From NCBI GenBank assembly GCA_015680685.1, contig MNCI01001928.1:62001-126000 (forward strand): 64,000 nucleotides of DNA. Reading direction: 5' to 3'. The position numbers and the translations under genes are program-made. The stretch is from Gnetum montanum (Eukaryota > Plantae > Gnetophyta). The notes beneath the pieces are model-generated. The model was given only the letters and a program-made list of their open reading frames with translations, ran no database searches and was not told the DNA's origin. Positions 48,471-62,930 of this stretch are shown one piece after another; the stretch's first letter is position 1, and every line of letters begins with the position of its first letter.

Positions 48471-49559
48471 TGTTGACCTTTAGGTATGTTAAAATTTTAA
48501 GGAAATGGAGAATATAGAATGTTTGTTGTGGATGATGATTTTGCAAGACATGAACAAGAACTCCACATGAGAACTGAGAACTCAAGGTGACAAGATCTAC
48601 AATGAGATGACAACATGAAGACTACATGGACAAGATGAGAGCATGGATGAAAATGAAGGCTACAAATCAAATGAAGATGCTCCAAGGATTGAAAAGAAGA
48701 AAAATTGGTGAAAGAAGGCCTCAAAAGATAAAGCTCAAAAGTTAAGGAGATGTCTCCTAAAAATAGCAGATGTCTTTGTCCCAGAGTAGACATCTCCCTA
48801 GAGACATCCCACAAAAAATGTCCCATTTTCTAGTGATACATCTTTTCTAAATTGAGGTCAATCTCAAGTAGGCATCCCAACTTCGAAGAAGATGTCCACA
48901 CTAGTTGTTTGGTAGCCATTTCATAACTTCCAAGGAGTTTTCAAAAAATCTAAGGCTATAAGAAGGTACCAGAATCTTGGAAATTATGCAAGTGCTATTC
49001 ACACAAGATCAATCATTGTATAATCTATGCTATTGTATTGTTGTTCTTCATTGTAACATCATTTTCTTGCTTGTATGCTATACTACGCTTCAAAGTGTAA
49101 GGACCAGTAAATTTAGTTACATTCTTTTCTTATGTATTTTTCCTTTTCCTGTAGCCATGTGGGATTGATATGCTTCTTGTAAGAAGGCATCCACATTAAG
49201 CTTGTTGGGACCTTGGGGAGTTGAGTGGTTTTGCAGCATCAAAAAACTCTAGAGTGGAGCTCAATTTTTGTAAAGGTTATGGGATCCTTAAAACTACATT
49301 CTGAGCTTATTGCAACTTTGTGGGATTGAGTGGTTTTGAGCAACAAAACACTCCAATGCAAAGCTTAGAGCTTGTATAGGGTGTGGTGCCCTTCAAACCA
49401 CATTTATTGAGAAACAAAGTCTGGAGGTGTGCATAGATTCTACCCTCCAAGTTTGGATGTTCCCAAGTTGGGATACCATGTAAAATTTGGTGTTTTGTAT
49501 GGTAGGTGCAATTTCAATTAAGAACTTATTCAACCCCTCTTCTAAGTTCTTGATCCACA
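48471..49559 (+). repeat. 5' LTR of E
   Basis: tgttgacctt...ttgatccaca; aligns end to end with 52977-54065. Confidence 0.95.
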
Positions 49560-49561
49560 AG

Positions 49562-49573
49562 TGGTATCAGAGC
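49562..49573 (+). promoter_or_regulatory. Primer-binding site (tRNA-iMet)
   Basis: tggtatcagagc lies 2 nt after the LTR. Confidence 0.95.
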
Positions 49574-49609
49574 TTGGTACTCTTACATTCAGCTTCAACT
49601 TTCAAGAGT

Positions 49610-51343
49610 GAACTATAGAGCGGACATCCTGCACAAAGGCACCACTATTTGACAAGTTCAATTTTGCTTATTGGAAGGCAAGGATGCAAGGTTTTTTCAA
49701 CTCAATAGAATTTGAGGTATCGGATTCCATCCTTGAAGGTTACAGTCCACCTATTGATAATGCATTAAAGGCCCTCAAGCCACGAAGCAAGTGGATGTCA
49801 AAAAAAAAGAGATAAGTTCATGTATGATTCTAAAGTTTTAAATTGTTTATATTGTCAATTAAATAAGTTTGAATTTAATTGTAGAACTATTAAAGAAATT
49901 TGAAAAACCTTAAAAGCTATCTATGAGGGCACATCCATAGTCATAATCAAAACTTTTGATTTTGCAAAGTGAATACAAAAACTTAAAATGATGGAAGGTG
50001 AAAAGATAGAATATTATTTTTTTTAGGGCAAATGATCTAGTTGTAGCAATTAGGGGTACATTCAAGGACTTACCTAAAAGTGATGTAATCATTAAAATGA
50101 TTAGGACACTACAACCTGAATTTAGACCTAAGGTTATAGCTATGGAAGAAATTAGAGATTTTTTTATCTTAAAATTTGAAGAGCTTCAAAGTGCTATTAT
50201 TACTTATGAAATGAATCTCATAAGAAAAGGAGCTATAAAAGAAAATCCCATCACCTTGAAATCAACATCTAAAGAGAAGGAACCAACTAAACAAGAATTA
50301 AATAAGGAAGAAGAAATAGCTCTTCTATCAAGAAGAGTTCAAAGGCTTCTAGTAACAAAAGGAAGAAGTCTTAATCAACCAAAACCCAACAAATCCAACT
50401 CCAAAGGTAAGGATAGAGGTAAGAATTTTTCAAATGCAAATTTTGGTGCTTTTTTAATAGAATGTTGGGTATGTGATGGAAGAGGCCATGTGACCTCCAA
50501 ATGTCCTAGCAATGGTAGGTTACAATAAAAGGATAAGACTAACTTGGACATGAAAAATGTGAACTTCTTCATAAGCTGGGATGATGGAGAGCAAAGTGAT
50601 GAAGAGGTTGATTATACCACAAAAGATTCTTAGCTTATATGTATGGCCCTTACAAATGAAAATTCATCACAAATTTTTGATGAACTAAGAGGTAAGTATG
50701 ATGAAAACTATAGTAAATTACGTGAATTTATTCTTATCCTACATTATTTACTCAAAAAGGTAAAGAAAAATATGAATAGAAAATATTCTGAAATTCATAC
50801 CTTATCATCCAAGTTCAAAGGATAAATCTTGGACATAAAGGTTGAGATTCAACTACCAATCCCATTAGATAAAGAAAAATGTAGAGATACTCAAGAAGTA
50901 AAAATAATGAAAATCATCCTAGAAGAAAAAGCTTGGAAGAAACCCCACAAAAGGATACTAGCACTAGTTGAAGCATAATCAGGTTTGACAACTCTATTCA
51001 TGAAGGAAACACTCTATATGTTTGTAAGAAATGTGGACATAAACAAGATTATTATTATCCTCATATTGGACAAAATAACATTAATGCTCGCTCTTGTAAA
51101 AAGGAACCTAGTGAGTGTATCTTGTAGGATGCAACAACTTGGAAAGAGAATGGGTTGAAAGTTGGAAAAATATTTAGAAGAATGGATGATATAATCAATG
51201 ACCATAGATTCTCCTATCTTGAAGAACATGAACAAGAAGGATTTCCATACAATATTGAAGACATCAACAAAGAAAGTAATGAAATAAAATCAAAGGGTAA
51301 GGAGGTACTCCATTATAGAGTACCTCATCTCAAACTTCATTAG
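49610..51343 (+). pseudogene. gag: Copia gag with long C-terminal extension
   Basis: RPPLF-like start followed by NFAYWKARM; MIRTLQPEFRPKVIAMEE (UBN2-like); zinc knuckle CWVCDGRGHVTSKC; K/E-rich tail. Confidence 0.85.
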
Positions 51344-52976
51344 TCTTCCTCACATAAATAAGCAAGTAAGGTAAGCCATGGTAAGTTTCTATTTCCTTAA
51401 TTGCTAGTTAAAATATGGGTCAATTTTTTAATATTTTATGAATTCTTTAATCATCAAAGAAAACATATATCTTAATTCATAAAAAAAAGAGATCAAAGTG
51501 GTATGGCTATCTCTCATGTCATCTTATGAACTATTTAGTTCTTAACATGTCCTTAAAAGTTTTTTTCTTGAAGAATATCTGAATTTAAGAATATCATAAG
51601 ATGCTACTGAAAAGAGAATTTGGACCAAGCATTGCAAGAAAATGACAAAGAGAGGCATAATTGGATGATCAAGCAAAACAAATTTGTTATGATTTGTGCC
51701 TAAATTTTTTTCTCTAATATTTTTGTCTTTCTATAAACTTTGATGGATTACTTAATATTCTTGAATAAGCCAGATTGTGAAACATTAGCTACATGCCCTG
51801 AAAGTGTTAAAGAATAGATAAGCACATATGTAGGGGGAGCTTGTACCTCATGAATTATTATGAAGCATCAATACATGAGAAGTTTATGAAGATCTTCACC
51901 AAGACATAATTCTTAGGCAAGCAAAATAAGGTATATGCATCTAATACAAATTGAAGGTAAAAGAGCAAAATGTTTTTGATTCAACCCTAAAAATTTTTGT
52001 TATCTAAGAGTGATCATCAATTATGCAAGTATCTAGAATTCATTTGAATATATCTCTAAGCTAGTACTACATCATTGACATATTTTTAATATATATTCTT
52101 TTGAGTACTTAGGTTCAATGTTGTTAATATGAACTAAAAAATTCCTATTGAAGCAAGATGAAGTACTCATTCTTCTATTCTAAAATTATGAAAACCTCTT
52201 AGGGAGTTTTGAAAATGAATGGATAATCTATCTTAAGCTTCCCTAAGATACATTTAATCAATGTAAACATCTTAGAAACTGCATTATCTCTTGATCTTGT
52301 TCTAAAAGTTGATCTATCTTTTATAAGTTGAGTACATATGTACTTGTTTTTTTCCTTCATATGAAAGTATTGTGATTATGAAGGTGTATTGAGAAATTTC
52401 TTATGAGGCTTTACTTGAAGTAACAATGAGTAATCCTTAACTATATTTTGGTTTTATTGCTAGTTGTAAGGTCCCACTCCCTTTTTGATGATGTCTAAAA
52501 AGGGGGAGAATTTCATGATCTTATCTTAGATATCATATGTGATTATGATATAAATGTGATGACTTGTAATATTATTGTGATCTATGTGTCATGAGTAACA
52601 CTGGCATTGAAAGATAATTACGATCTTATGGATATATTTGAACAAGTGTCATGAGCAATATTGCTATTAAACAATATAACCTTATGAACATACTTGATGG
52701 ATATATTTGAATAGCTCTAACCTCATGATGGTATTAATGATTATCTTTATAAGTTTGGAGTTCTAACATTATGATGGTATTAATGTTCTTATTTAGAGGA
52801 CCTTGGTCATAAATGTCCTGATTCAAAAATTCACTAGTGTCTTAATGACTAATGAATTGTGTGATGTATTAAGGATGCACTTTTGTTGAAATATTTTCAT
52901 CATCTTTAGTTCAATCAATTTCTAGAACTGCTAACCCATTTTCTTAAGTTTAAGACATCACCAAAAAGGGGGAGAT

Positions 52977-54065
52977 TGTTGACCTTTTGGTATGTCAAAA
53001 CCTTAAGATGAAGAATATAGAATGTTTGTTGTGGATGATGATTTTGCATAACATGAACAACTCCACATGAGAACTAAGAACTCAAGGAGACAAGATCTAC
53101 AACCAGATGACAAAGTGAAGACTACATGAGTAAGATGAGAGCATGGATTAGCATGAACGAAAATGAAGCTACAAATCAAATGAAGATGCTCCAAGGATTG
53201 AAAAGAAGGAAAATTGATGGGAGAAAGCCTTAGAAGATAAAGCTTAAAAGTTAAGGAAACATCTCCTAAACATAGCATATGTCTTTGTTCTAGAGTAGAC
53301 ATCTCCCTAGAGACATCCCATAGAAAACCTTCCATTTTTCAATGAGATGTCTCTCTTGAATTAAGACCAATCTTAGGTAGATGTCCCAACTTCGAATAAT
53401 ATGTCTACACTAGCCATTTTGTGGCTATTGCACAAATTTTTAGTTTTTAGAAACTTCAAGGCTATAAAAATATCAAAATCTTGGAAACTATGTAAGTATT
53501 GTTCATGAAAGACCAATAATTGTCTTATCTATGCTATTATATTTATGTTCTTCATTGTAACATCATTTGCTTGGTTGTATGTTGTATTGTGCTTCAAAGT
53601 GCAAGGACCTATAAATTTAGTTACATTATTTCCTTGTATCTTTCTCTTTTTCTTGTAGCCCTATGGGGTTAATGTGCTTCTTGTGAGAAGGCATCCACAT
53701 TGAGATTTTTGGGACCTTGTAGGGTTGAATGATTTTGCAATGTCAAAACACTCCAGAGCAGAGATCAATTTTGTAAAGGTTGTGAGATCCTTGAAACCAC
53801 ATTCTTAGCTTGTTGGGACTTTGCAGGGTTGAGTGGTTTCACAATGAAAAAACACTGTGGTGAGGAGCTTAGTTCTTGTACAGGATGTGATGTCCTTCAA
53901 ACTACATTTTATTGAGAAACAAAATCCAAAGGTGTGCAGGTATTCTACCCTCTGAGTGTGGGCATACCCAAGTTGGGGAACCATGTAAAATTTGATGTTT
54001 TTATATGGTAGATGCAATTTCAATTGGGAACTCATTCAACCCGCCTTTTAGGTTCTTGATCCACA
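52977..54065 (+). repeat. 3' LTR of E
   Basis: Preceded by PPT aaaaagggggaga (52963-52975) and followed by the TSD. Confidence 0.95.
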
Positions 54066-54923
54066 AATGCTCCATATGACTTGAACTTAGACCTTACCTT
54101 AGAACAACATAAACATTTAATAAACTTAAATGTGCTAAGTGAGAATAGGATGATTGTCTTGATGCATAATGAAGTACATAAAGCCTATAATAAATAGAGG
54201 CAAGACCTTATTATTAAACACCTAGGCCTTCAACCAAGTGATAAGGTCCTCTATTAAAACCAAAATCATATACCTCAATGTATGAAGTTCCATACACCTT
54301 GTACAGGATCCTACTTAGTTCATGTGATTTATAGCTCTCACATTCTACAAATTCACCACCTTTGTAATCTACATAAGCTTATCCTAGTGAACATATAACA
54401 AATTAAGCCATTCTATGAATTCCATGGAACCAATGCCTTATATATCTTGACCAATATCATTATTAAATTTATTTTTTTCTTCTCCTTCTTAAAACTCAAT
54501 CATGGAAGGGATTACTTGATTTGAGCTTAGTGATTTTTTCTATTTTATTTTACAATTTTTTTAAATATTCTAAATTCTCATATATTTTCTAATTTTTCCC
54601 TTTCTTTTGTAATTTTACAATTTCTTTAAGTAATGCTAAAAATATTTTTTTCATAAAATTATCAATTTTATGCAAGAACTAACTTCATTATTCGAATTAT
54701 GTTCTATGTTATCAAAGTCATTAAAGCAATAATCATGTGAAGTAATGAGAGCACACCATTCATCTCTTCATCTCCATTATAAGAGGTTCTTATATTGGGA
54801 ATAATGTAATCCTTTTCAAATTATAAATTAAAACTAATTCACAATCACATGACTTAATGAAGGAATTAAGGATTAAGATGTTTGGATAAAGATGTTGCAT
54901 CAAGGAAATGTTTTTATTCTTTG

Positions 54924-57900
54924 TGTAATAATACTGCTCTAGGAAGCACTGCTCAATGTCACCCAAGAGTCACAAAGTAGGCAAATGTTTAAGAGAGAAC
55001 TCAAGATGAACTATGCCTTAATGACCACAACACTTATAATCACACATAAGCATACATAACGTATTAGTATAAAGGTTAGTAGCATAGTGAGCACACCTTT
55101 AGTAAACATACAAGTGATACAATCAACGAAACATGCACACATGAATGACTAAGAAAGATCACTAGCATACATATATAACATTGTTCTATGGTGATGGTTT
55201 TGATAGAATGAAATCCATAGCAAAATATCCTTTGGACCAATAATAAGGCATGCTCTCTACATTCTCCCTCACTTAAAAGAAGTGATGTTCTTAGAGCTTA
55301 AGTCTTTATTCATGCACTTTTCCCAAATGTGAAGAGCCAACTAGATTTCATGGATATTAAACAACTTAAAACCCATGGACAAGAAGGATCAATGCCTAGG
55401 GTAATCCACCGTAAAGCATGAATGTTAAACTAAACATCAATTTAAGGTTTGAAGGTGCTCATGTAACCTAGGTCAAGGAAGAAAACATTTTCTCTTTTCA
55501 TGTAAATGGTACCAACCTTCTTATCTAGAGAAAAACTTACTTAAAACATGAATAATCCCTCCATGCATTGTAATAATACAAGTGTGTAGCCATGTATTAG
55601 TACTCATTCTTCCATCCCCAAGCATGTGCTTCCTACTTGAAGTCATAATCTTCAAAATTTTTTCTTTTCACTCAAAATCATAGTCAAATATAGGTACTTA
55701 CTACTTGAAGTCACAATCAATAACATGTACTTCCTTCTTAAAGACACAAGCAAGAACATGTGCTTTCTATTTGAATTCACTATACCATGTATTAATCTCC
55801 AAACAATCACACATTTTTTCTATAACATGAATCAATCCATAAAGGAAGTGATAGCACTAGGTTGACCATGTTTTATTCCTCTTGGCACTCACTACCTTAT
55901 TTAAATACCAAATCCTCCACCTTACACCAAGGTGGTCATGTTCTTATGTATCTACTGCATGAAATCCAAAACTCATTCTCAGTTACATTCAACCTATGAT
56001 TCTCATTTGATCCATTACCATCATCTCTAAATTGAGAATTTTGATGACATTTTGGATCATAATGCTCTCCACTAGAGACAAATCATTTTAAATCTTTATG
56101 CCTTGAAGGATATTGAAAGAATCCTCAAAAATGCAATCATTTGTTCCAAGACACACTCTACTCTTGAGAAGCTTGTCATTTCCCATATTCCAAGGAAGAG
56201 GATTATTTACCTAGGGTAGGCATAGCATATAAGCCATTGAAACTACCAAAATGATTTTTTGCATCCCCTCTCCAAGACTTGTTGCTCTCTTTCTTGCTCT
56301 AGACTAGTTGTACTATCCTATTATTCTCTTTCTTTTCTACCTTGTAATTTGTTATATTACCAACAAGTTGGATTAATTCTTTGTATCTTTTGATTTTTTG
56401 GGTTTTAAATTCACACTAAACCTAGAATTTGAAATAATTTTGAAATATTTTATATTTACTATCCTCATCCATATTCAATATTTTTATGATAATATTTTGA
56501 TGCTCTTAGATATATTCCTCTAACTCTCCCATGTATCATATCTCTTTTAACTTTACCTAAGCTAAAAGGACTTAGATTCAAATTCTCAATCAAAGCTTCT
56601 TTTAATTGTTCCTAGATTCTCATGGGTTTTTCATTACTTGCTTTCTCTTCTTAAAGAATGTCAAGCCACCATATTTTTTTATTCCACTTAAGAATTGGGT
56701 AGCGATGAAAGCATATTTTTCTTTGGCAAACTCCATACATTTCCAAGAACTCCTTTGTCTTAAAAAGAAAAGCATTAATAATTGTATCATCTTAATCTCC
56801 TTCATAAACCTTTGACTTCTTTACTTAAAACCTAGAAATTAACCAACTCGGTCCCAATGCTAGTACTCTTTCTTGCATAACTAATTGAACTTTCACATTC
56901 TTAATCTCATTTACCAATTGATTTTTCAAGGTCTTAATTACATTTTATTGGCTTTTAATTAAGTCTTATTAAGTTTTTACCAATGATATTAGTTCTTATT
57001 CTTCATCCTAGAGCTCTTGGATAGAAAGCTAAACATCATTAATAACATCATCAAGGTGCTTCATCAAATTTCTTAGCATAAATTTTTGGTTGAGTGTAAC
57101 TTTATATTTTGTGCTAGAGCCTAAATCTAATAGGAAAGAAACTTACATGAGATCAACCAATTCTTGGATCATTCAAGCCTTCTTTATTGCAAATAGAACA
57201 CACATGATTATACTATCTACTTATAACAATTGATCCCATAGTTTTACATATTTTTAAGGAATTCATTAATATCCCTCTTACTAGCCATTTTCTCATCCTT
57301 ATTCTTGTGTACTTACTCATATATGTTCACATCATCATACATCTTCTCATGTACATGACTGCCCTAATTGTCATCTTCAACTAATTCATTATGAGAATTG
57401 AAATCAAAAGAAGCATTACTAAGATTTTAGCTTCCTTTGCTCTTCCATTTGTATAACGTATTATCACATTAATCATGATTATGAACCATGAACCACCAAT
57501 AGCCTTAAATAACAAACCACATCGTTGATACCAAGTGTAACGACACTACTCTAGGGAAGCACTACTCGACACCACCTAAGAGTTCCAAAGTAGGAAAATG
57601 TTTCAGAGCAGAGTAAAGATGGACTATGCCTCAATGATCATAGCACTTGTAAGCACATATAAGTATGCATAACACATTACTCTAAAGGTTAGTAGTGTAG
57701 TGAGCACAACATTAGTAATCATACATGTGATATGATTAATAAAATATACATGCATGAATGAATAAGAAAGAATGCTAACATATACACATGACATCATTCC
57801 CTTAAGAGAGCTAACACACATTCCTACTCTAATGCATCTAACCTTAATCCCTTATCCTAAGAGAAGGGTAGTGATTTAATCTAGACAAGAAAATCCTCCC

Positions 57901-57970
57901 CAAGAAGCCTACATATCCTAATAATAAGTTTCACAATGAATCATGACCATGTAATTCTATGATGATGGTA
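54924..57970 (-). mobile_element. Internally deleted LTR retrotransposon H (gypsy-type gag, Met PBS; possibly a chromovirus)
   Basis: Direct repeats at 54924-55261 and 57536-~57970. Reverse PBS tgatacca at 57526-57533 and reverse PPT ttctccctc at 55262-55270. Minus-strand gag-like EKYAFIATQFLSG..WWLDIL..QLKEALIE at ~56550-56800. Confidence 0.75.
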
Positions 57971-57972
57971 AT

Positions 57973-60900
57973 GGCAAGCACCCCGATGGTTACCTTATCC
58001 CCAAGGTAACCCAAGGCAGTTTTACCAACCTTTAACGTATTATCCAAGTGGAACTCTACCACAACCTATTAAGTAACACCAGTAGTGGCAATACCCATAG
58101 TCATGGGGGATGCCACCACCATGACAACAATACCCTTACCAGCAACCAGATCCATATGGCTACTACATGCAGCAGCCAATCTCTCCACATGAATCTATTG
58201 GTCACATGAAACCACAACGTCACTACCAAGCTTGAGAGTATTATAGGACTCCTTCTCCTAGGAGAGATAACCCCACATACATACCATCCTCCAAACCCAT
58301 CTGCAACTCTCACACCGATAGCTCCATTGCCATCCACTCCAGCAATGCAAGGGGTACTCCCCACTCAACCACAGCAATCCAATGTCACAAGGGCTATGAA
58401 CCCTCAACCCGCAATTGGTTCTGACAACCTTATGCAAAAAAGATCTTTCTTCAGAACCAACAATCCAACCAAGCCCTCACCATCACAAGCGGTTGAACAT
58501 CCGAACACCTGCCTATCAAGTAAGGCTTTGGGGCCTCCTTCAACCCAAAAATTGAGCTTAACACACACGGTTATGTTAACACATGTTGTTACAAACTGGA
58601 TTAAGGTGGGTCACCTTCCCAGGAAATTCTCTGATCCTAGAAGTCCTCTAATCTATCTCCAAGTCACTAGGAATGAACAATGTAAGGCTCTTCTGGACTC
58701 AGGTTTCAGAGTCAACCTAATATCACAAGATATGTATAAACCCTAGAACCTGCCTCCATTGAGGAAGAGTAACATTCAACTAGAGCTGGCTGATCAATCC
58801 ATCACTGTCCCCTTGGGACTGGTGAAGGACATTGTTACCACTGTATTTGGGTGGTTGTATCCAGCTGATTTCCTAGTGATACAAGTAAACAACGGTAAGG
58901 GGGACTTCCCAATAATAATGGGAAGAGCATGGCTATGTACCATAGATGCATGCCTAGGAATCCATGATCTTTCCCTGGAAATATCCAAGAAAAATACTTT
59001 TGGAAAGATCAAGAAGAAGAAAGTTCCATGCATCGCATACAATGACACGGGGTGCCATTGCATGCAAAAATCATGGGTTATGCAAAGTTTAGCATTGCCT
59101 GCATGCAATCGGTGTGCACAAGACATTAATATACAAAAGTGCCTGTATGCAGTAGCCACACGATAAGAAGACATGCAGTGGCTGATGGTTGATCAAGAGA
59201 GCAACTCACTAACATGCATGGAACTAATTGAGGGAATAACTAGTGCTTACATTGAAAGCATAGATACACTGGAGCAAGTTCGTTTCCAACTTCCAAGCTT
59301 TAACCTTGAAAACATCAATTGGGGGAAGTTGGAAATTCTTGAGAGATTTAAATAAGAGCCCCTAGATCTGAAACCATTGCCCACCGGTCTAGAGTATATG
59401 ACCCTCGAAAATGGAAAACCAATGATCATCAATGCAAGACTTATTCCCAAACAAAAAGAAAGACTGCTAATAGTGATAAATAAGTGGTTAAAAGCCTTTG
59501 CCTGGTCATACCCCAAGTTAACTAGAATAGATCCTAGGATATGCTAGAATAGGATTTACACGAACCCCTCCATGAAACCTCGAAAACAACCACAGAGGCG
59601 ATTGAACCTAAAATTGAAGCAAATAGTAAAAGAAGAAATAGAACAACTTCTTAAGGCTAGGTTCATATATCCCATTGCTGATAGTGAATGGATTAGCCCT
59701 CTGGTGATCATGCCTAAAAAGGGAGGCAAATGGAGGGTGTGTATAGATTCTAGGCTACTGAATATGGAAATATTCAAGGATCACTTTCTGTTGCCATTCG
59801 TTGACCAAGTCTTAGACATCATAGTAGGGCATCGCTATTATAGTTTTCTAGATGGCTATGGTGAATACAACCAAATATGGATAGCACCACAAGATCAAGC
59901 CAAGACAACGTTCACCAGTCCTTAGGGAATGTTTGCATATAAACAAATGCCATTTGGCTTGTGCAATGCTCCTGCCACGTTTCAACGCCTAGTTCTAAGC
60001 ATATTCCAACAACAGGTAGGAAACGAAGTGGAAGTCTTTATGGACAACTTCTCCACTTATGGAACAAGCTTTGATCAAGCCTTGGACCGATTAGAGCAAG
60101 TGCTGAAAAGATGCGTAGAAACCAACTTAAGGCTCAACTGGTAGAAAAGCCATCTGATGGTCCAAGAAGGCATACTACTTGGACATAGGATTTCACATTC
60201 GAGAATATAGGTAGACCCCAGATAAAGTTAGGGTCATCCAAGGAATCACTCGACAATCAAAAATTGTCAAAGACATTTGGTCATTCCTTGGACACATTGG
60301 CTACTATAGGAGATTCATTGAGAACTTCTCCAAGATTGCCAAACCATTGGTAGAACTAACGAAGAAGGATGCGCCATTCGAATGGAGCAGGGAATGTGAA
60401 CTAGCATTCCAAACTTTGAAAAAAAAGCTTGTGAAAACTCCCATTCTACAAGCCCCTCACTAGTCCATACCATTCCATATAATGACTAACACATCCAATT
60501 ATGCCTTAGGAGCTGTACTTACATAGTTAGATGACCAAAAACGTCATTACTACATCCACTATGCAATTAGGAGTATCGTCGGTGCACAACTTAACTACAC
60601 AACTACAGAAAAAGAATTAATTGTTGTAGTGTTTACACTGGATAAGTTTAGGCACTATGTATTAGGTTACAAAGTGTTCATCCATACAGATCATAGTGCA
60701 ATCAGGTTCCTCATGAACAAGCCAACAGTTAGCCCTCATATTATACGATGGTTGGTAATCTTGCAAGAGTTTGATGTAACGATGATCGATTGAAAGGGCA
60801 CTGAGAATGTAGTTGTAGATCATTTATCTCGGTTACACTAGGACAACAAAGAGGATGAATATGCCATATCCGATCATGTTCTTGACGAAGCCCTCTTTGC

Positions 60901-62218
60901 CAGTGTAGTGAATAACCAACCCATGGAAACGAATTGGTATAGTAGCATTCTCACCTATCTCCTTTCCCAACAAACACCATAGGAGCTAGACTTTAGGAAG
61001 AAACAACAGTTTCTTCATAGAGCCAAGTACTTCATGGAGATCAACAGACAACTTTACAAAGTCTATCCTGATGGCCTGGTTCGATGGTGTGTGCCCAATG
61101 TGGACCAACTAAGAGTTCTCCAAGATGCTCATGAGGGCCCTTTTGGGGATCACTATGCAGGGAGATGAACAGCTATTAAGATCCTACTTGTAGGATATTA
61201 CTGGCCAACATTATTTCAGGATGCCCATCAATTTGTCCAATCCTGCAAGTGCTATCAACGTGATGGGGGAATGACTACTAGAATGGAGGGTCCGCAACAA
61301 TGGATTTAACCTTTAGAACCCTTCGACATTTGGGGAATAGACTTTATGGGGCCCATTACACCAATGTCAAATGGAAAAGCTTATATCATTATTGTTGTAG
61401 ACTATCTAATGAAATGGGCTAAAGAAGTTGCTATTACAGACTACACATCATCTACCGCTGCATGATTTTTGCAACAACAAGTTGTAAATAGGTTTGGTGT
61501 GCCACGTGCACTTATCTCAAATAATGGAACACACTTCACGAGTGCAACCTTTCGGAAGTTGATGCAACACTTAGGGGTTGAACATAAATTGACTACACCT
61601 TATCACCCCAAAGCTAATGGCCAATCTAAGGTTACTAACCAAGAGATTACTAAAATATTAACAAGAAAAATTAGCAAATATAGGTGAGATTGGAGCACTA
61701 AATTGAATGATTCCCTTTGGGAATACCGCTCCACTTGGAAACTCCCTATAGGCTATTCTCCATATGAGTTAGTATACAGAAAACTTCGAAAGCTTCCAAT
61801 TCAAACCAAGCTCCGTACACTATCCATGGCATGTGACCTCCACCTTAACCTTGATCTAGCACAAAAATAAAGATTGGCAACTCTAAACGTGCTAGACGTA
61901 ATCCGATTGGTTGTCCTGTCATCAAATGAGTTGCACAAGGCACATAACAAACAATGTCATGACTTAAAAATTTGAAAGGTTAAGTACCAACCAGGAGATA
62001 AGGTCTTTCATTGGAACCCCACACATGTGCCACAATGCACAAAATTTCAAAAATTTTGGGAAGGGCCTTATATCATTCATAAAACCTTTCCCTCAGGGGC
62101 CATGACCATATACAAACCTAAAAGCCTTTATAAGAGACTACTAGTCAATGTGCAACAAACCAAACCCTTCCATGAACTTAAAACAGCCGATGCACATAAT
62201 ACCTCTGAGAGAGGATGA
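57973..62218 (+). pseudogene. pol: Athila F gag C-terminus and pol (PR-RT-RH-INT)
   Basis: ALLDSG; WISPLVIMPKKGGKWRVCID; MPFGLCNAPATFQR; FMDNF; NYTTTEKEL; WGIDFMGP; PYHPKANGQ; KFWEGPY. Confidence 0.95.
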
Positions 62219-62930
62219 CCTCATTCATTATTTCAGATCTCCTCCTTTTAACTTAGTCATGGGGGAGATGGCCACCTATGCTGATCAATCAAGGCCCTCA
62301 GTTCCTTTTTAAGTTTTTTTTCTACAAATTTTTGTTTTACAAATTTCTTTAACTTTTCTTGTTTTTTTTTCCAACATCATTCATACTTTTTCATTTATTT
62401 GTGTGTTTATTTATTTTTTTAGGTTTTTCACCTAATAAGTGCTCCTGATGATGGTATGAAAAGTATTCCATTTGATTACTAATGTTTGGTTTTTACCTTT
62501 GAGTTATAATGTTGATACTAAGGTATGGTTCTTTTGATATAACAGGCAATGAGTCCATGTCATCCATGCATCCATGAATTTCTATGGTCTCTCTTGGCTT
62601 GGAAATGTACAGTCTCTTTCTTTCAATAATAAGAACTATCAATGACTTGGTGACTGGGCACTTCTCAAACTAAGGAAGGACTCAAGGATTTAAAAGGGTG
62701 TGACTTCAAGGGGATTTGATGCATTTGTGTTGGCCATTCTCTTGGGTGCTTGAATGTTTTCTTCTTGAGTTTTCCTTACCATTCCAATGTTGCCCCATTA
62801 TCGATAAGCTGAGATAATAAAAATAATAAGTCCTTGCATGGTATGGTTCTCATGCAAAAAAAAATAGTGAGAATTCAAAGCACACCCCTTAGACGAAATA
62901 ATCATCTACGCTACAAGCACTGGTTATGGA
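57973..62930 (+). mobile_element. Athila element F (same family as A), 5'- and 3'-truncated
   Basis: Collinear with A 10725-17920, including the non-coding 3' region. Confidence 0.92.

Larger units (their letters stand above)
48471..54065 (+). mobile_element. Non-autonomous, gag-only SIRE-like Ty1/copia element E
   Basis: Two 1089-bp LTRs, TSD aatac/aatgc, Met-i PBS, copia gag, no recognisable pol, and three agggggag tracts (~51832, ~52501, ~52967). Confidence 0.9.
48395..54923 (+). mobile_element. Athila (A/F-related) remnant G: integrase C-terminus and 3' UTR, split by element E
   Basis: ELV*RKIPKLLVQ..NLN|..YDLNLDL..LINLNVLSEN..NEVHKAYNK..QPSDKVLY..HIPQCMKF matches A 16750-17160 and F 61765-62180. 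Confidence 0.8.

Noticed and set aside
48497-53335. Duplicated small gene (ORFs 48497-48826 and 53003-53335)
   Set aside because: The two ORFs are the same antisense stretch of the two LTRs of element E.
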